Origin: a virus
Taxonomy: Duplodnaviria > Caudoviricetes
Virus record (IMG/VR): IMGVR_UViG_3300034062_004592
Location: 1-64,000 of that record
Strand: one strand, 5' to 3'
DNA length: 64,000 nucleotides
Shown here: piece after piece, positions 51,508-62,012 of the stretch
How positions within the stretch are numbered: position 1 is the stretch's first letter
Layout of the letters: each line of letters opens with the position of its first letter
The notes under the pieces: model-generated
The model's input: the letters and a program-made list of their open reading frames with translations, nothing else
What the model was told of the DNA's origin: nothing
Database searches by the model: none
Position numbers and translations under genes: made by a program

Positions 51508-52362
51508 ATGGTTGCTAAGATAGATTTATCGGATCCTTGGATTAAGGTCCAGGATAAGCAACCGGATCTCATGCGGAACCTAAACAGGGCCGCAACCAGA
51601 ATTACGCTTAACGGCAAAAGGCATTACACCACGCCGTTACCCACTGGCCCAGCCCCGTCTGTAACTACAATCATATCTGAGACTGCTTCCGAAGCAAACA
51701 AGCGGAAGCTCGAAATGTGGTCAAAAAATAATCCAGGTGTTAAGGAGGCCGCTGCTGAAAGGGGGACTGCCATCCACTATGGTATGGAGCAGTACCTGAA
51801 AGGGAACAAAACCCCGGAGATCGCTGATGAGTACCAAGACTTTTGGCAAGGCATGCCGTCAATTCTGGATCAGTTTGACGAAGTCTTATGGGCAGAGACG
51901 CCTGTGGTTGATCGGTTTAAATTCACTATTGGCGCTGATGACGTTGCTCGCGTTTGGGGTTGCGATCCTGACGGGCGAGCTTGGGCTGGTGCTCCCGACA
52001 TTATCGGTGTGGTTAATAACAAGCTTACTCTCGCTGATTTGAAGACCAGCGTCAAACCCTACAGTCGCAAGTGGCCTAAAGACTTGGAGAAGGGGTCGCC
52101 TGAATGGCGTGATCTCTTGGGTGGTCACATGAAATTTAAAAAAACTTTGAAGCAGCTCGCAGCTTACGACTTGGCTATTACCCAGACGCTTGGCATCAAG
52201 GTCCAGCAGGCTGCCATCTTGGTATCAACACCGGTGCGTACACAAGTCTTTAAGATCTCCAGGAATTTTCTTAATGCTTTGCATGCGGATTGGCACAAAC
52301 TGGTTGAAGAGTATTACACGCAAATGGACGAGTATGGTCGGCAGGACCAGGATCTTGTCTGA
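51508..52362 (+). CDS. PD-(D/E)XK exonuclease
   Basis: PSVTTII, AAERGTAIH, WAE, GAPD, ADLKTS, QLAAY. Confidence 0.85.
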   Translation: MVAKIDLSDPWIKVQDKQPDLMRNLNRAATRITLNGKRHYTTPLPTGPAPSVTTIISETASEANKRKLEMWSKNNPGVKEAAAERGTAIHYGMEQYLKGNKTPEIADEYQDFWQGMPSILDQFDEVLWAETPVVDRFKFTIGADDVARVWGCDPDGRAWAGAPDIIGVVNNKLTLADLKTSVKPYSRKWPKDLEKGSPEWRDLLGGHMKFKKTLKQLAAYDLAITQTLGIKVQQAAILVSTPVRTQVFKISRNFLNALHADWHKLVEEYYTQMDEYGRQDQDLV

Positions 52363-52461
52363 GATATAAGTGGGTCTAATGAGTCTCAAAACTCTGGGAA
52401 GTCGTAAGGTTGTCCTTGGATTGGTGGCCCTAGGATAAGTAAACAACCAAGCAACCCTCCG

Positions 52462-52647
52462 ATGGAAATCTACGTTTCCGTTGGTGAGTGGATGAATAGT
52501 CTTCAGAATCGCATGAATAGTGCGATGGATGGGGACTGTTTTTATCTGCCCACCCCTATGCATCTTCATGCTTTTTTCTTGGTGAAGGACCAGGCATTTG
52601 CCAATAAAGACTTTAAAGTGGAACTCATGCCATCAGTTAACGAATGA
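52462..52647 (+). CDS. hypothetical protein
   Basis: 61 aa, coupled to the primase gene. Confidence 0.55.
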   Translation: MEIYVSVGEWMNSLQNRMNSAMDGDCFYLPTPMHLHAFFLVKDQAFANKDFKVELMPSVNE

Positions 52648-55274
52648 CTAATACTTCTCAGCTCTCGCTCCGGCCCGGCGAAATTCGTTTTGATTACATC
52701 CCAGCGGATTGGCCTCTTACTCCGCTTGGTGCCAACAAGGATCCGTATGTCGCTGGATGGCAAAACAAACCGTTTAGTGTCAAGGAAATTGAAAATGAAT
52801 TGACAAGCGGTAAGTGTAAAGCTATTGGTCTGCTCGGTGGTCCTGTCTACAACCATCCGTACGGTTTCATCTGGATTGACATTGATGGGCCATCGGTGTA
52901 CCAGCTGGTGGAGGAGTTGGCCGATGCACCTTTCATTGAGGTGATGCCGCCCACGCTGACAATTTTCAGTGGGAAAGAAGGTAGGGAGCGTAGGTTATAC
53001 CGGGTTAGTCGTGAGAAACATAAGCACATCGTTCGGAATAAGTACACGTGGCACGCGGCAGTAGACAAAGAGAAGCTTGAGATTCTGTGGAAACGGCACC
53101 AGGGTGTGTTAATGGGGTTACATCCGGAAACGGATGGGTACTACACAGCTCCAGACCTTGGGTTTGAGTGGGCAAAGGCTGTGCCTGAAATGCCTGACTT
53201 CTTGTTGAATGCCATCATCAATAAGAATGTCAAGCAAGGTATTCCGGCAAAGGAAACAACGCGTGTTATCGGTCCAGGGTTTGCGATCAACAGTGTTGTA
53301 GACCTTGACCGGGATATGAAACTTGCCGCAGAGGCAATGTGGGGTATGCCTCCAGAGGCGGCGGATGACTATGACATCTGGATTACGGTCGGTCAATCAC
53401 TCCATAATCTCGATGAATCACTCCTTGATCAGTGGGAAGAATGGTCCAAGCAGTCGGACAAGTATAGGGAGGGGGAGTGTCACCGGCGATGGCTGTCGTT
53501 TACTCGTGGCTCTGGTCGCAGCATTGGCTCACTGATTCACGTTGCTCGTGAGCAGGGGTGGCAGCCGTCCCAGGAGTATAGGGGGCTGAGTGTTGATGAT
53601 GCGACATTAGAGCATGCTTCAAAATTATTGGCTGAAATTGATCTGGAAGAATCTCAAATGACTCCCGTAACCGCTCCATGTGCTGCATCCGATGCCACTC
53701 AGACAAATCAATGGCAGTCGCAGGAGCTGGACACAAAAAACATGAAGTCAAAAGAAGAGAAGAAAACGTCAAAAAACCCGTCATCCAGCCAAATCGTAGA
53801 TCATTTGCGCTCAACATATAACGGAGATCTGCGCTTTAGTCAAGCCCACGGTCAATTCTTTATTTATGCTAAAGAAAGTGACGGGCTTTGGTCGCCTCTC
53901 ACGAAGATCGAAATGATGGGTGACATTCGGGAAAAGCTGCAAGTACTGCACCTTCCCGGTGGATTCACTTCTAATTTGATGAATGACATCTACCTGCAGC
54001 TCCAGGCGGTGTTGGTGTTTGATGATTGGTATGACGGTTCCAACTACCTGTTGTTTACCAATGGGGTGCTGGATATTGAGAAGAAGGAGTTACTTCCGTT
54101 CAATCGGGGGATGCACCTGACCCAGCAAATGCCTTATCGGTATGATCCAGCGGCTGGGTGTGAAGATATCATTAAGTGGCTGAAGCATGTGCAGCACGGT
54201 AGCTGGGAACGTGTTCAGGTGTTACGTGCATGGTTGCGTGCCACGCTACTGGGGCGTTATGAGATCCAGAAGTTTGTGGAGATTGTTGGCCCCGGTAAGT
54301 CCGGTAAATCGACCTATGCAAACCTGGCTGTGGCATTGGTTGGTAAGCAGAACACCTACTCAACAGACTTTGAGAATCTGGAGAAGAACCGGTTTGAGGC
54401 TGCAAGCTACATGGGTAAGAAGCTTCTGCTGTTCCAGGATGCGGATAGGTGGGGCGGATCGGTATCAAAGCTGAAGGCAATTACCGGTAATGATTGGATC
54501 CGTAGTGAACGCAAGTATCAAAGCGAAAGTCAGGATCCGTTTCAGTATCATGGAGTTGTGATGATTACAGCTAATGAAGCTATTCAATCAACTGATTACA
54601 CTTCTGGCCTTGCGCGTCGCCGCCTTACTATTCCGTTCGACCGTCCGTTTGAGGGCGGTCAGGCAGAACAAAAGGAACTGATTAAGTTCGATTCCAAGGG
54701 TGTTCCCCAGGGTGTGTTCGCTCCCTTGTTGCCAGGGTTGGTGAACTGGTTGTTGGATATGACTGAAGATGACATGCGTGCTTGTCTCATGGAAACCGGT
54801 AAGAAGATTGATTTCTTCCGTAAGTATGAGAAGCAGCAAAGCCTGCGTTCTAATCCACTGTTGGATTGGATGGATCACAAGTTGGTGTTCCAGCCGAATG
54901 TGATGACGCACGTTGGCTTCTGTCAGCAAAATCCGAATGGAACTGGCGGCTATTACAAGGACAATACGCGTTGGTTGTATGCCAGCTATGCGGAGTTCTG
55001 TCGCAACTGCAACGTGGGCATCATGTCACGCGGCAGGTTTGAGCCCTTGTTCTTGGATATTTGCAAGCACCAGCTCAAACTAAACGTCTACTCCAAGAAG
55101 GCGGCGTCTGGTATGCAGGTCTTTAACATTGCCATCAAGGAGTCGAATATTGACAGGTACTTACAGCTGCCTTCGGTTGTGGAATTTGCAGCAAACCCTG
55201 ACCGTTATAAGGATCAATACCCTGAGCTTTTTGTACCTACTGGTGAGACAATAGAGAATGATGCAACAATGTAG
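52644..55274 (+). CDS. primase-polymerase / PriCT-2 / D5-type SF3 helicase fusion
   Basis: WPLTPL..KDP, IDIDG; DYDIWITVGQSLH..WEEWS (PriCT-2); Walker A GPGKSGKST, KLKAITGND, MITAN, RR. Confidence 0.9.
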   Translation: MTNTSQLSLRPGEIRFDYIPADWPLTPLGANKDPYVAGWQNKPFSVKEIENELTSGKCKAIGLLGGPVYNHPYGFIWIDIDGPSVYQLVEELADAPFIEVMPPTLTIFSGKEGRERRLYRVSREKHKHIVRNKYTWHAAVDKEKLEILWKRHQGVLMGLHPETDGYYTAPDLGFEWAKAVPEMPDFLLNAIINKNVKQGIPAKETTRVIGPGFAINSVVDLDRDMKLAAEAMWGMPPEAADDYDIWITVGQSLHNLDESLLDQWEEWSKQSDKYREGECHRRWLSFTRGSGRSIGSLIHVAREQGWQPSQEYRGLSVDDATLEHASKLLAEIDLEESQMTPVTAPCAASDATQTNQWQSQELDTKNMKSKEEKKTSKNPSSSQIVDHLRSTYNGDLRFSQAHGQFFIYAKESDGLWSPLTKIEMMGDIREKLQVLHLPGGFTSNLMNDIYLQLQAVLVFDDWYDGSNYLLFTNGVLDIEKKELLPFNRGMHLTQQMPYRYDPAAGCEDIIKWLKHVQHGSWERVQVLRAWLRATLLGRYEIQKFVEIVGPGKSGKSTYANLAVALVGKQNTYSTDFENLEKNRFEAASYMGKKLLLFQDADRWGGSVSKLKAITGNDWIRSERKYQSESQDPFQYHGVVMITANEAIQSTDYTSGLARRRLTIPFDRPFEGGQAEQKELIKFDSKGVPQGVFAPLLPGLVNWLLDMTEDDMRACLMETGKKIDFFRKYEKQQSLRSNPLLDWMDHKLVFQPNVMTHVGFCQQNPNGTGGYYKDNTRWLYASYAEFCRNCNVGIMSRGRFEPLFLDICKHQLKLNVYSKKAASGMQVFNIAIKESNIDRYLQLPSVVEFAANPDRYKDQYPELFVPTGETIENDATM

Positions 55275-55627
55275 TGGGAAATGGCCGGCATCTGATACTG
55301 GATCTATACGATTGTGATCCAGAGGTTTTGGATGATTACCAGGAGCTTCAACGATTGCTTGAGGCTTCTTTGGTAATGGCCAAAGCAACTATCCTGCGCA
55401 TTATTGGCGAGAAGTTTAAGCCGCAAGGTGTCACGCTATTAGCACTGCTGGCTGAATCCCACGCATCCATTCATACATGGCCTTGCGAAAGGTACTGTGC
55501 TATTGATCTGTACACGTGTGGAGACAGAACAGAAACCCATAAAGCTGCTGAATTTTTAAAGCACAAACTCAAGGCCCAGTATTGTGAGCAAAAAGAAATT
55601 GAAAGAAAAGTTTTCAGAGATCCTTAG
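55274..55627 (+). CDS. speD: S-adenosylmethionine decarboxylase proenzyme
   Basis: GRHLILDLYDC, FKPQGVT, LLAESHASIHTWP (E/S cleavage site), DLYTCG. Confidence 0.9.
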   Translation: MGNGRHLILDLYDCDPEVLDDYQELQRLLEASLVMAKATILRIIGEKFKPQGVTLLALLAESHASIHTWPCERYCAIDLYTCGDRTETHKAAEFLKHKLKAQYCEQKEIERKVFRDP

Positions 55628-56168
55628 GCCACATGGTTTCAAGCCTACTTGCTAACGCTGCAAAGTAAGCCTCTTCTTTTGTTTTGAACACGCCCAGGTA
55701 AATGCGTTTTTTACCAACTTTGTATTCGACCTGCCAATTGGTAGAGTTTGCTATGGCGTACACGTATTTATATCCGGTTTGATTTTTTACTTTTTGGTTT
55801 TTCTTTTGAAGGGATGCATCTGCCCACCTAAGGTTGCCGGGTCCGTATCCCAAGCTTGAATTAATACGGTCTAAAGAGTAACCTTCTTTCTTTTCCCCTA
55901 AATTGTTTTCTACATACTCTAAAAACAAACAAAATCCTAAAGACCACCTTTTAATTTGAGGGTGTCGGGATTTATTCCGCCATTCCTCAAAAACAAAAAT
56001 ACCTTTTCCACCATAACGTTTGTATGAAATTGAATTGATGGAGTGACACCTTTCAAGCATTCCGCGCCACGTGTTGTACAGCGGGTGCTTGTTCATCGCG
56101 CCTGCGCGACTTTGTATTTGCTGAAGTGAAATCTCTTTTAAAGCCGGGCGTGCCATGTTAAAAAACAT
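55614..56168 (-). mobile_element. HNH-AP2 homing endonuclease gene
   Basis: HPLYNTWRGMLERC..YGGKGI, SLDRINSSLGYGPGNLRWA, IYLGVFKTKEEA; AT-rich, opposite strand. Confidence 0.85.
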
Positions 56169-56246
56169 AGTTTAACACACACGGGCCGGAGTGTGGTCGA
56201 CTGCTCCGTCGAATTGAGTATAGTAAAACGAGATAATCCATCTTAA

Positions 56247-57509
56247 ATGGCTAAAAAAACTAAGATCCTTTGGGTTGCTGACTTTGCAGCAATGACTGGT
56301 TTCGGCCGTGTCAGTGGTGCGGTACTGCCGCGACTGAAGGATGACTTTGAAATTGTGGTGCTCGCATGTAATTGGCATGGGGATCCAACGGATGAACAGA
56401 AAGATTTCAAGATGTATCCTGCGTCCAACCGATTCCAGCAGGCGCCCTTTGGTGAGGATCGCATTCGGGAGATTGTTGAGAAGGAACAGCCGGATATTGT
56501 GTTCAGCTTGAATGATCCTTGGATTGTCAGTGAACAGTACAGGCGTATTCAAGATCTGCATCAGCAAAAGAAGTTTAAGTTCTGTGGCTACCTCACGATG
56601 GATAGCTACAACTGGATTGGTGGCATCGATGCACACATCAATGAATGGGATGCGTTGATTGCGTTTACGGAATTTGGTGCATACGAATTCTTTAAGGCGG
56701 GTATCACCAAGCCGGTCACTGTAATTCCACATGGGTTGGATACAGATCTCTTTTATCCCATGGATAAGAAGGAGGCACGCAAGAAGCTGGGGCTATCGGA
56801 TGACATCTTCATCTGCCTGAATGCCAACAGGAATCAGTTCCGCAAACGGATGGACATTACGATTGCAGCCTTTGCCAAGTTCGCAGTCGGTCGCCCGGAT
56901 ACGCAACTTTATATGCACTGCGGTACCAAGGATCAGGGGTGGGATATCATGCCGCTCTTCGGGCGGGAGATGAGTAAGAACGGACTTGATCCGAACGGTC
57001 GCATCATCATGACCAATAACAACCAGGGGCCGCCGAACGTTTCGGTGGAGTTCCTGAATTGCATCTATAACGCGGCTGATATTGGGATCAATACCACCAA
57101 GGGGGGTGGCTGGGAACTGGTCAACTTTGAGAATGCTGCCTGTCGTGTGGCGCAAGTGGTGCCGGATCACACCAGTACCAAAGAGATTTTTGAGGGCCAT
57201 GGCTGCCTCATTCGTTGTGACCACGTGGATGTGGACACCAACATGGCACGGGAGATGCCCTGCCCCTCCGACCAACACCTGGCGCAGATCCTTGCCAACC
57301 TCTACGACGATCGGGAGTACCTGAACAGTGTGGCCGATGCCTGCTACAAGCGGGTGACGGATCCTCAATTTAGTTGGGACTCAGTTGCGTCTCAGTTTGG
57401 TGGAGTGTTCCAGGAGGTGATGGAGGCTGGTGAACCGGAAATGGAAGAGAAACCAAAGAAGAAAAAGAAGGAGAAGAAGGAAAAACGCACGGTTGGGGCT
57501 GCGGCGTGA
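56247..57509 (+). CDS. GT4 (GT-B) glycosyltransferase
   Basis: TGFGRV, VIPHGLD, NRNQFRKR, IYNAADI..GGGWELVNFENAAC. Confidence 0.85.
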   Translation: MAKKTKILWVADFAAMTGFGRVSGAVLPRLKDDFEIVVLACNWHGDPTDEQKDFKMYPASNRFQQAPFGEDRIREIVEKEQPDIVFSLNDPWIVSEQYRRIQDLHQQKKFKFCGYLTMDSYNWIGGIDAHINEWDALIAFTEFGAYEFFKAGITKPVTVIPHGLDTDLFYPMDKKEARKKLGLSDDIFICLNANRNQFRKRMDITIAAFAKFAVGRPDTQLYMHCGTKDQGWDIMPLFGREMSKNGLDPNGRIIMTNNNQGPPNVSVEFLNCIYNAADIGINTTKGGGWELVNFENAACRVAQVVPDHTSTKEIFEGHGCLIRCDHVDVDTNMAREMPCPSDQHLAQILANLYDDREYLNSVADACYKRVTDPQFSWDSVASQFGGVFQEVMEAGEPEMEEKPKKKKKEKKEKRTVGAAA

Positions 57510-57559
57510 GACTGGTCTCATGTGAGATGGCTGAGGCTTGATTGGTGCCAAGGTGATGG

Positions 57560-57584
57560 ATCCCCTGGAAACAGGGGATTTTTT
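57560..57584 (+). terminator. Rho-independent terminator
   Basis: ATCCCCTG-GAAA-CAGGGGAT-TTTTT. Confidence 0.8.
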
Positions 57585-57663
57585 GTAGCAAGGTGTACGC
57601 ATTGAGGAGGTGGGGTACGGGTGAAATCCGATAAAACCCCCTTCCTATCTTTACGTGACGCAC

Positions 57664-57807
57664 ATGACACTTTCAGTAAAGTGTCATTATTTGAGTCATG
57701 GTGAGACGGGAATGAGACGGTGGGATTGGTGGGTTGTGCTTAGTGTCTCAAGTACAATCTCACTTGAGAATCCTTGACAAATAATGACACTTTCGGCAAA
57801 GTGTCAT
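57664..57807. repeat. pair of 24-bp palindromes forming a nested inverted repeat
   Basis: ATGACACTTT-CAGT-AAAGTGTCAT (57664) and ATGACACTTT-CGGC-AAAGTGTCAT (57784). Confidence 0.85.
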
Positions 57808-57848
57808 TTGGATCTAATAAAGATAAACAGGGGGTTTTATCGGGTTCT

Positions 57849-58184
57849 ATGGCTAGACCAGGCGCACCACTGCCACCTCTCTGGTACTTGGAGTCCCAGC
57901 TTCGGTTGTCGACTCAGTACCCATCTGGCCTGGAGTGGGCCTGTACCACGGGCTGGCACGCTGAAGGAGACATGGCCGGGAAACACGTCCCATCCACCCG
58001 CTACTACGTGGTGAGGCTGGGGGGAGGGCAGTACCAGGCCCACAGGCTTGTCTACTTCCTACGCACCGGCCAGGACCCCCTGGAGGCCTCTGTCATTCAC
58101 GTCGCATCTGACCATGACAACCGCAAGGAGTTGATCCTTCGTTCCAGATCCCCTACCACCAATCTCATATTGGACTCAAATTGA
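57849..58184 (+). CDS. degenerate HNH-like protein
   Basis: PSGLEW..GDMAG..YYVV..YQAHRLVYFL..DN..EL. Confidence 0.55.
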   Translation: MARPGAPLPPLWYLESQLRLSTQYPSGLEWACTTGWHAEGDMAGKHVPSTRYYVVRLGGGQYQAHRLVYFLRTGQDPLEASVIHVASDHDNRKELILRSRSPTTNLILDSN

Positions 58185-58185
58185 C

Positions 58186-58857
58186 ATGGCAAATTTGATT
58201 GCTCAGGTTTCCGAACTCAACGCTCGGCTCAACATTCGTTATTTGCGAAATGCAAATCAATGTGACGACAAGACCCTCGATGAGCACGGCTACTACCGGG
58301 GTTATGTGTGTCCGCACAACCACGACATACGTGACCAGGAAAACCATTGGTGTTACTACTGTGTCCAGAAAATCTGGAAGAACGTCTGTGGTTTTGACAT
58401 CAACTACCTGGATCCCAACTACAAACACAAATACGCCGCGATCTGGAACCGAATCAATGTCACAACCATGGATGAGTGCTGGCACATACGTGGCAATTCC
58501 AAACGTGCATGCCTTCCTTCTTACCGTTCTCACTACGCCAAGCAATCATCTGAATACGTCTCGCTCCACAAAGCTGTCTACCAGTGCGCATGGGGAGATG
58601 TTGGTAAGTTTTTTGTGACTCGCGTGTGTGGCAATCCGGAATGTTTTAATCCTGTACACATGCTTTCCAGCTGGAACAGGGACTATCCCCCTGGCCGCAT
58701 TCACCCACTTGTCTTGGAATTTGAGCCAAGTAAATTGATGTGCTATGCCAGGGCGCGGAAGAAAGTGCAGGCTGACGCTCTGGCTGCCACGCAGTACAAA
58801 CAAACAATTACCAATCCACGGGAAGCAGGACCACCACCTGAATACGATGAGGGTTGA
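58186..58857 (+). CDS. His-Cys box/HNH-like Zn-binding protein
   Basis: CPHNH..CYYC; ECW..HKAVY..CGNPECFNPVH. Confidence 0.6.
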   Translation: MANLIAQVSELNARLNIRYLRNANQCDDKTLDEHGYYRGYVCPHNHDIRDQENHWCYYCVQKIWKNVCGFDINYLDPNYKHKYAAIWNRINVTTMDECWHIRGNSKRACLPSYRSHYAKQSSEYVSLHKAVYQCAWGDVGKFFVTRVCGNPECFNPVHMLSSWNRDYPPGRIHPLVLEFEPSKLMCYARARKKVQADALAATQYKQTITNPREAGPPPEYDEG

Positions 58858-58899
58858 ATTGAGCGCACTTACAATAAGGAAAAGGAATTATATCAAATA

Positions 58900-59988
58900 A
58901 TGTCGCGCAACCCGGCTATTGCCCAAGCCAATCGCAGTAAAGCAAATCCATTGGTACTTGGTACCTTTAATACAACTTCACTGCGTTATCTAAAGGGTAG
59001 GCTGGGCCCGCAAAATAAAGTCATTGGCTATAGGGATACCAACCAAACGTCAAACGGTGGTTTTGGTGGCGGTGCTTACAACCATTGGTTTCAAATTAAC
59101 CTAGAAAAACCCGGCTGGATTATTGCCGTCAAAGGTCCGCCGCGTCCAAACTACATTCAAGTCTCTGCATACGATCTTAATTCCATTCCTATTCAAGGGA
59201 GGGGTATTTTTGACGAGGATTCAATTTCTGTTGTAGACAACAACGAAATTTTTTATCCGTATTTGGGTAAAGTGATGAAAACCCAATCAAATTTTTACAA
59301 TCAATTTGTTGCTTATCGTTTAGATCGAGGTGATGATCGTTATTATTCTCTCACTGCAGGCAGCTATTTAATCTGTGTTTCAACAACACGCAATGAACCA
59401 CTTGAGTACGAACTGGGAATTGTTGTTGAGTTTTCTCCAACAGAGTTGTTTATTTCATTAGAAGACGAAGATCAAGTTACTCTTTGGCTTCAAGAAACCT
59501 CGGTTGATTACAGTCGTACAATCAATGTTATTTCTCCTGTTACAACCAACATTGTAATTTCAAACAACGTAGATCAACCCAATGGCTTTACTGATACGCT
59601 ATCTCAAATAAATTTAGGTTTTACGGTTATTGTTTTATCAGGATCTACGTGGTTAATTGGTGTCCTTCCATCGTCACAAGCACAAGAATATGGTGTTTTA
59701 GGTGAATCAAGTAATGATGAAGAATTTTTTAACACAATCCACAATCATTCTTTGGGGGAATGGCAAGCCGCTTGGGAATCAGAACACCAAGATACGGATA
59801 AATTCCCCAGTCTTTTTATTCCTTTAACCGACAGGGTGCCAATTGGAACTCTTCCCTTAAACACAGAAGTGCCGATACCTCCTCCCGGCGGTGGCGATGT
59901 CGGTGATCTTGAAGACTACTGGGCTGACATGGTTATACAGCTTTACAATTGGCAAGAGCTGTTTTATATTGGCTGGTGGGGTAATTGA
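58900..59988 (+). CDS. putative virion structural protein
   Basis: 362 aa, beta-rich; TACAAT and AGGA upstream. Confidence 0.5.
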   Translation: MSRNPAIAQANRSKANPLVLGTFNTTSLRYLKGRLGPQNKVIGYRDTNQTSNGGFGGGAYNHWFQINLEKPGWIIAVKGPPRPNYIQVSAYDLNSIPIQGRGIFDEDSISVVDNNEIFYPYLGKVMKTQSNFYNQFVAYRLDRGDDRYYSLTAGSYLICVSTTRNEPLEYELGIVVEFSPTELFISLEDEDQVTLWLQETSVDYSRTINVISPVTTNIVISNNVDQPNGFTDTLSQINLGFTVIVLSGSTWLIGVLPSSQAQEYGVLGESSNDEEFFNTIHNHSLGEWQAAWESEHQDTDKFPSLFIPLTDRVPIGTLPLNTEVPIPPPGGGDVGDLEDYWADMVIQLYNWQELFYIGWWGN

Positions 59989-60167
59989 TTACCCGCAAGG
60001 GATACACTCTGGGTATCCAAAAAAATCTGTACAGTAAATTATGATTCGCCAACTGCTTTCGTTTTGGCCTCGTTTTACAAAACAAGGACCAACCAAAACA
60101 AAAACTCAGGCATATCGTTGGTATCAGTACTGCCAGGAAAATCCACACGCTAGTTGCTGCAAGATGT

Positions 60168-60614
60168 ATGACGTATGAAGCTAAACGCTTTAGACGCCGC
60201 AAAAAAACAACAACGTATCAACTGAAAAACGGGTACATCTTTAAGATGCGCCTGATGCCGTGGTTAAGGACGGATGCTGGCTGTATTTGGCTTGCCAGCT
60301 TGGCAGTCGGTAAATCAAAACGTCAACTTAATGACTGGCTCAATAGACGCAACAAAAAGTCGGTGCGTTCCTTGTCGGCATCTTTAACAGGGCAAGAAGG
60401 GAACAAGATACAAGCTTTAGCTATCCGTCAAGTTCGCCATTGGGTAGTTGATTTACCGCCTGGTGATTCTTTGTGTTTAAGGTGTGAGTCTGCAGTGCCA
60501 GACAAACAATTCAAGGTGTGGCGACGTTGGTTTGAAGCGCATGAAGATCCAAGGTGGAGAATAAATCCAGATCTTAAATCTTTCTATATTTATAAGCCTA
60601 GCAATTTAGAATAA
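60168..60614 (+). CDS. hypothetical basic protein
   Basis: 148-aa ORF. Confidence 0.55.
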   Translation: MTYEAKRFRRRKKTTTYQLKNGYIFKMRLMPWLRTDAGCIWLASLAVGKSKRQLNDWLNRRNKKSVRSLSASLTGQEGNKIQALAIRQVRHWVVDLPPGDSLCLRCESAVPDKQFKVWRRWFEAHEDPRWRINPDLKSFYIYKPSNLE

Positions 60615-60631
60615 GGAAAAAGGTATTGATC

Positions 60632-60796
60632 ATGTCCCAATTTCAACGTTACCTGGAAATCTTGTTTGCTTTCCACGCTTTTTGTTCGTTAGTTTGTGCG
60701 CTGACTCCGACGCGCAAAGACGACACATTTATTGGTTATCTCTATCGTTTCCTTGAAGCCGGTGCTCTGTTGGTTGGTCGCGCCAAAGATCGCTGA
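60632..60796 (+). CDS. small holin-like membrane protein (54 aa)
   Basis: MSQFQRYLEILFAFHAFCSLVCALTPTRKDDTFIGYLYRFLEAGALLVGRAKDR; LTPTxxDD motif; near the endolysin. Confidence 0.55.
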   Translation: MSQFQRYLEILFAFHAFCSLVCALTPTRKDDTFIGYLYRFLEAGALLVGRAKDR

Positions 60797-60964
60797 TCAA
60801 TCGGGCAACGCTTGAAACCACCAGGTGCATCCACCCTGTTTCTCTACCCAATCTCGTGTTGCATACGCCGCCTCTTTCGAGAGTGTGGCGCATTTTTTTT
60901 CATCACCAACTTGCCAACACATATTGACACGTATGTGTGGATCTTTGTTTTTTGCTTTAGCCAT
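60797..60964 (-). CDS. hypothetical protein
   Basis: MAKAKNKDPHIRVNMCW...; coupled to the lysin stop. Confidence 0.5.
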   Translation of the reverse strand: MAKAKNKDPHIRVNMCWQVGDEKKCATLSKEAAYATRDWVEKQGGCTWWFQALPD

Positions 60965-61971
60965 CAGTAGTCCCAGCGAATTCGTGCTTTGCTTTCCCTC
61001 ATCCCAAGATGGACAAATCCTTTTTTGGCACCGTAACCAACTGAGTACGGCCAATTTTTGTCACACCAGTCTTGCAGTGTGTATATACTGACACCATCAA
61101 TGTAAAAGTCAACGGCACCTTTGGAGGGTGCGTCATAAGTATGCTCACTGTTTCTTGCACCACCAACTTGTGAATTAATTGGTTCCGGCCGTGAACCACT
61201 AGTAATTACCAACGGCTTGTTTCCAAATGCAGCACGTGCTTTTTCTAAGAACTTACACAGTTCCAAGGCTGTCTCACATTGATACTGTTTGGTGAAACGA
61301 CGCGCCTCTTGATTCAAAGTCAGTTCACCGTAGGTGATGTGTTCCGTGACTTTGGTTGTGAATGGGCTCCAAGGTTGAAATTTAGCTGACGTTTCAGGTT
61401 TTACTGCTGGCGCTGCGGGCTTGTCTTGTTTGGATAGGATGCCAATCAGTTTTGTTGCGTAGTTTGGATCAGTGGCGTACCCTTCGGTAACTAAAAGCCT
61501 GGCGCACTCTTCAGCATTTTTAGCACGATTAACACCTTGGTAGCGACCAAAGTCTTTGTACCAACGCTCGACTAGGTAGCAAACACAGGTGTAAAGGTCG
61601 GGGAAATCAATGAATCCGGCTTTGATCGTGACCCATTTACCGTTGAGAAATTCTTGGGTGTTGACGTTGGACCCACTTCCTTTTAATCCAAAGTAGTTGT
61701 GAGTACCTGATGTGTGTTTGCCCCAGCCTGATTCCAGTGCCCACTGAGCCGCAACAACTTCCGGATATTTACTGCCCGCTGCTTTTGCTGCTGCAAACAC
61801 ACCGTCCCAGGTGTTGTCAAAACTTTGGGGCGGTGTTGGTTTTTTTCGATACATAGACGCAAAAGTCTCCAGGACCGAGGAGGAAACCTGATCCTGGAGC
61901 CAGTTAAATGCGTCAATTTGATGTGGCAGTCCCTTGAAAAACTCAGCTGCCTCAACAATTTTTATCGACAT
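60964..61971 (-). CDS. endolysin: glucosaminidase (GH73) plus peptidase M15A
   Basis: AQWALESGWG..HNYFGLK..YATDPNY; ITSGSR..NSQVGGARNSEH..AVD..FVHLG. Confidence 0.85.
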   Translation of the reverse strand: MSIKIVEAAEFFKGLPHQIDAFNWLQDQVSSSVLETFASMYRKKPTPPQSFDNTWDGVFAAAKAAGSKYPEVVAAQWALESGWGKHTSGTHNYFGLKGSGSNVNTQEFLNGKWVTIKAGFIDFPDLYTCVCYLVERWYKDFGRYQGVNRAKNAEECARLLVTEGYATDPNYATKLIGILSKQDKPAAPAVKPETSAKFQPWSPFTTKVTEHITYGELTLNQEARRFTKQYQCETALELCKFLEKARAAFGNKPLVITSGSRPEPINSQVGGARNSEHTYDAPSKGAVDFYIDGVSIYTLQDWCDKNWPYSVGYGAKKGFVHLGMRESKARIRWDY

Positions 61972-62012
61972 CGACCTAAAGCTTTTTACTAACTTTAGAT
62001 CAGGTGTGTCAA

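Noticed and set aside
51508-52362. Cas4 / CRISPR association of the exonuclease
   Set aside because: It lacks the Cas4 four-Cys cluster, and its context is phage replication/recombination
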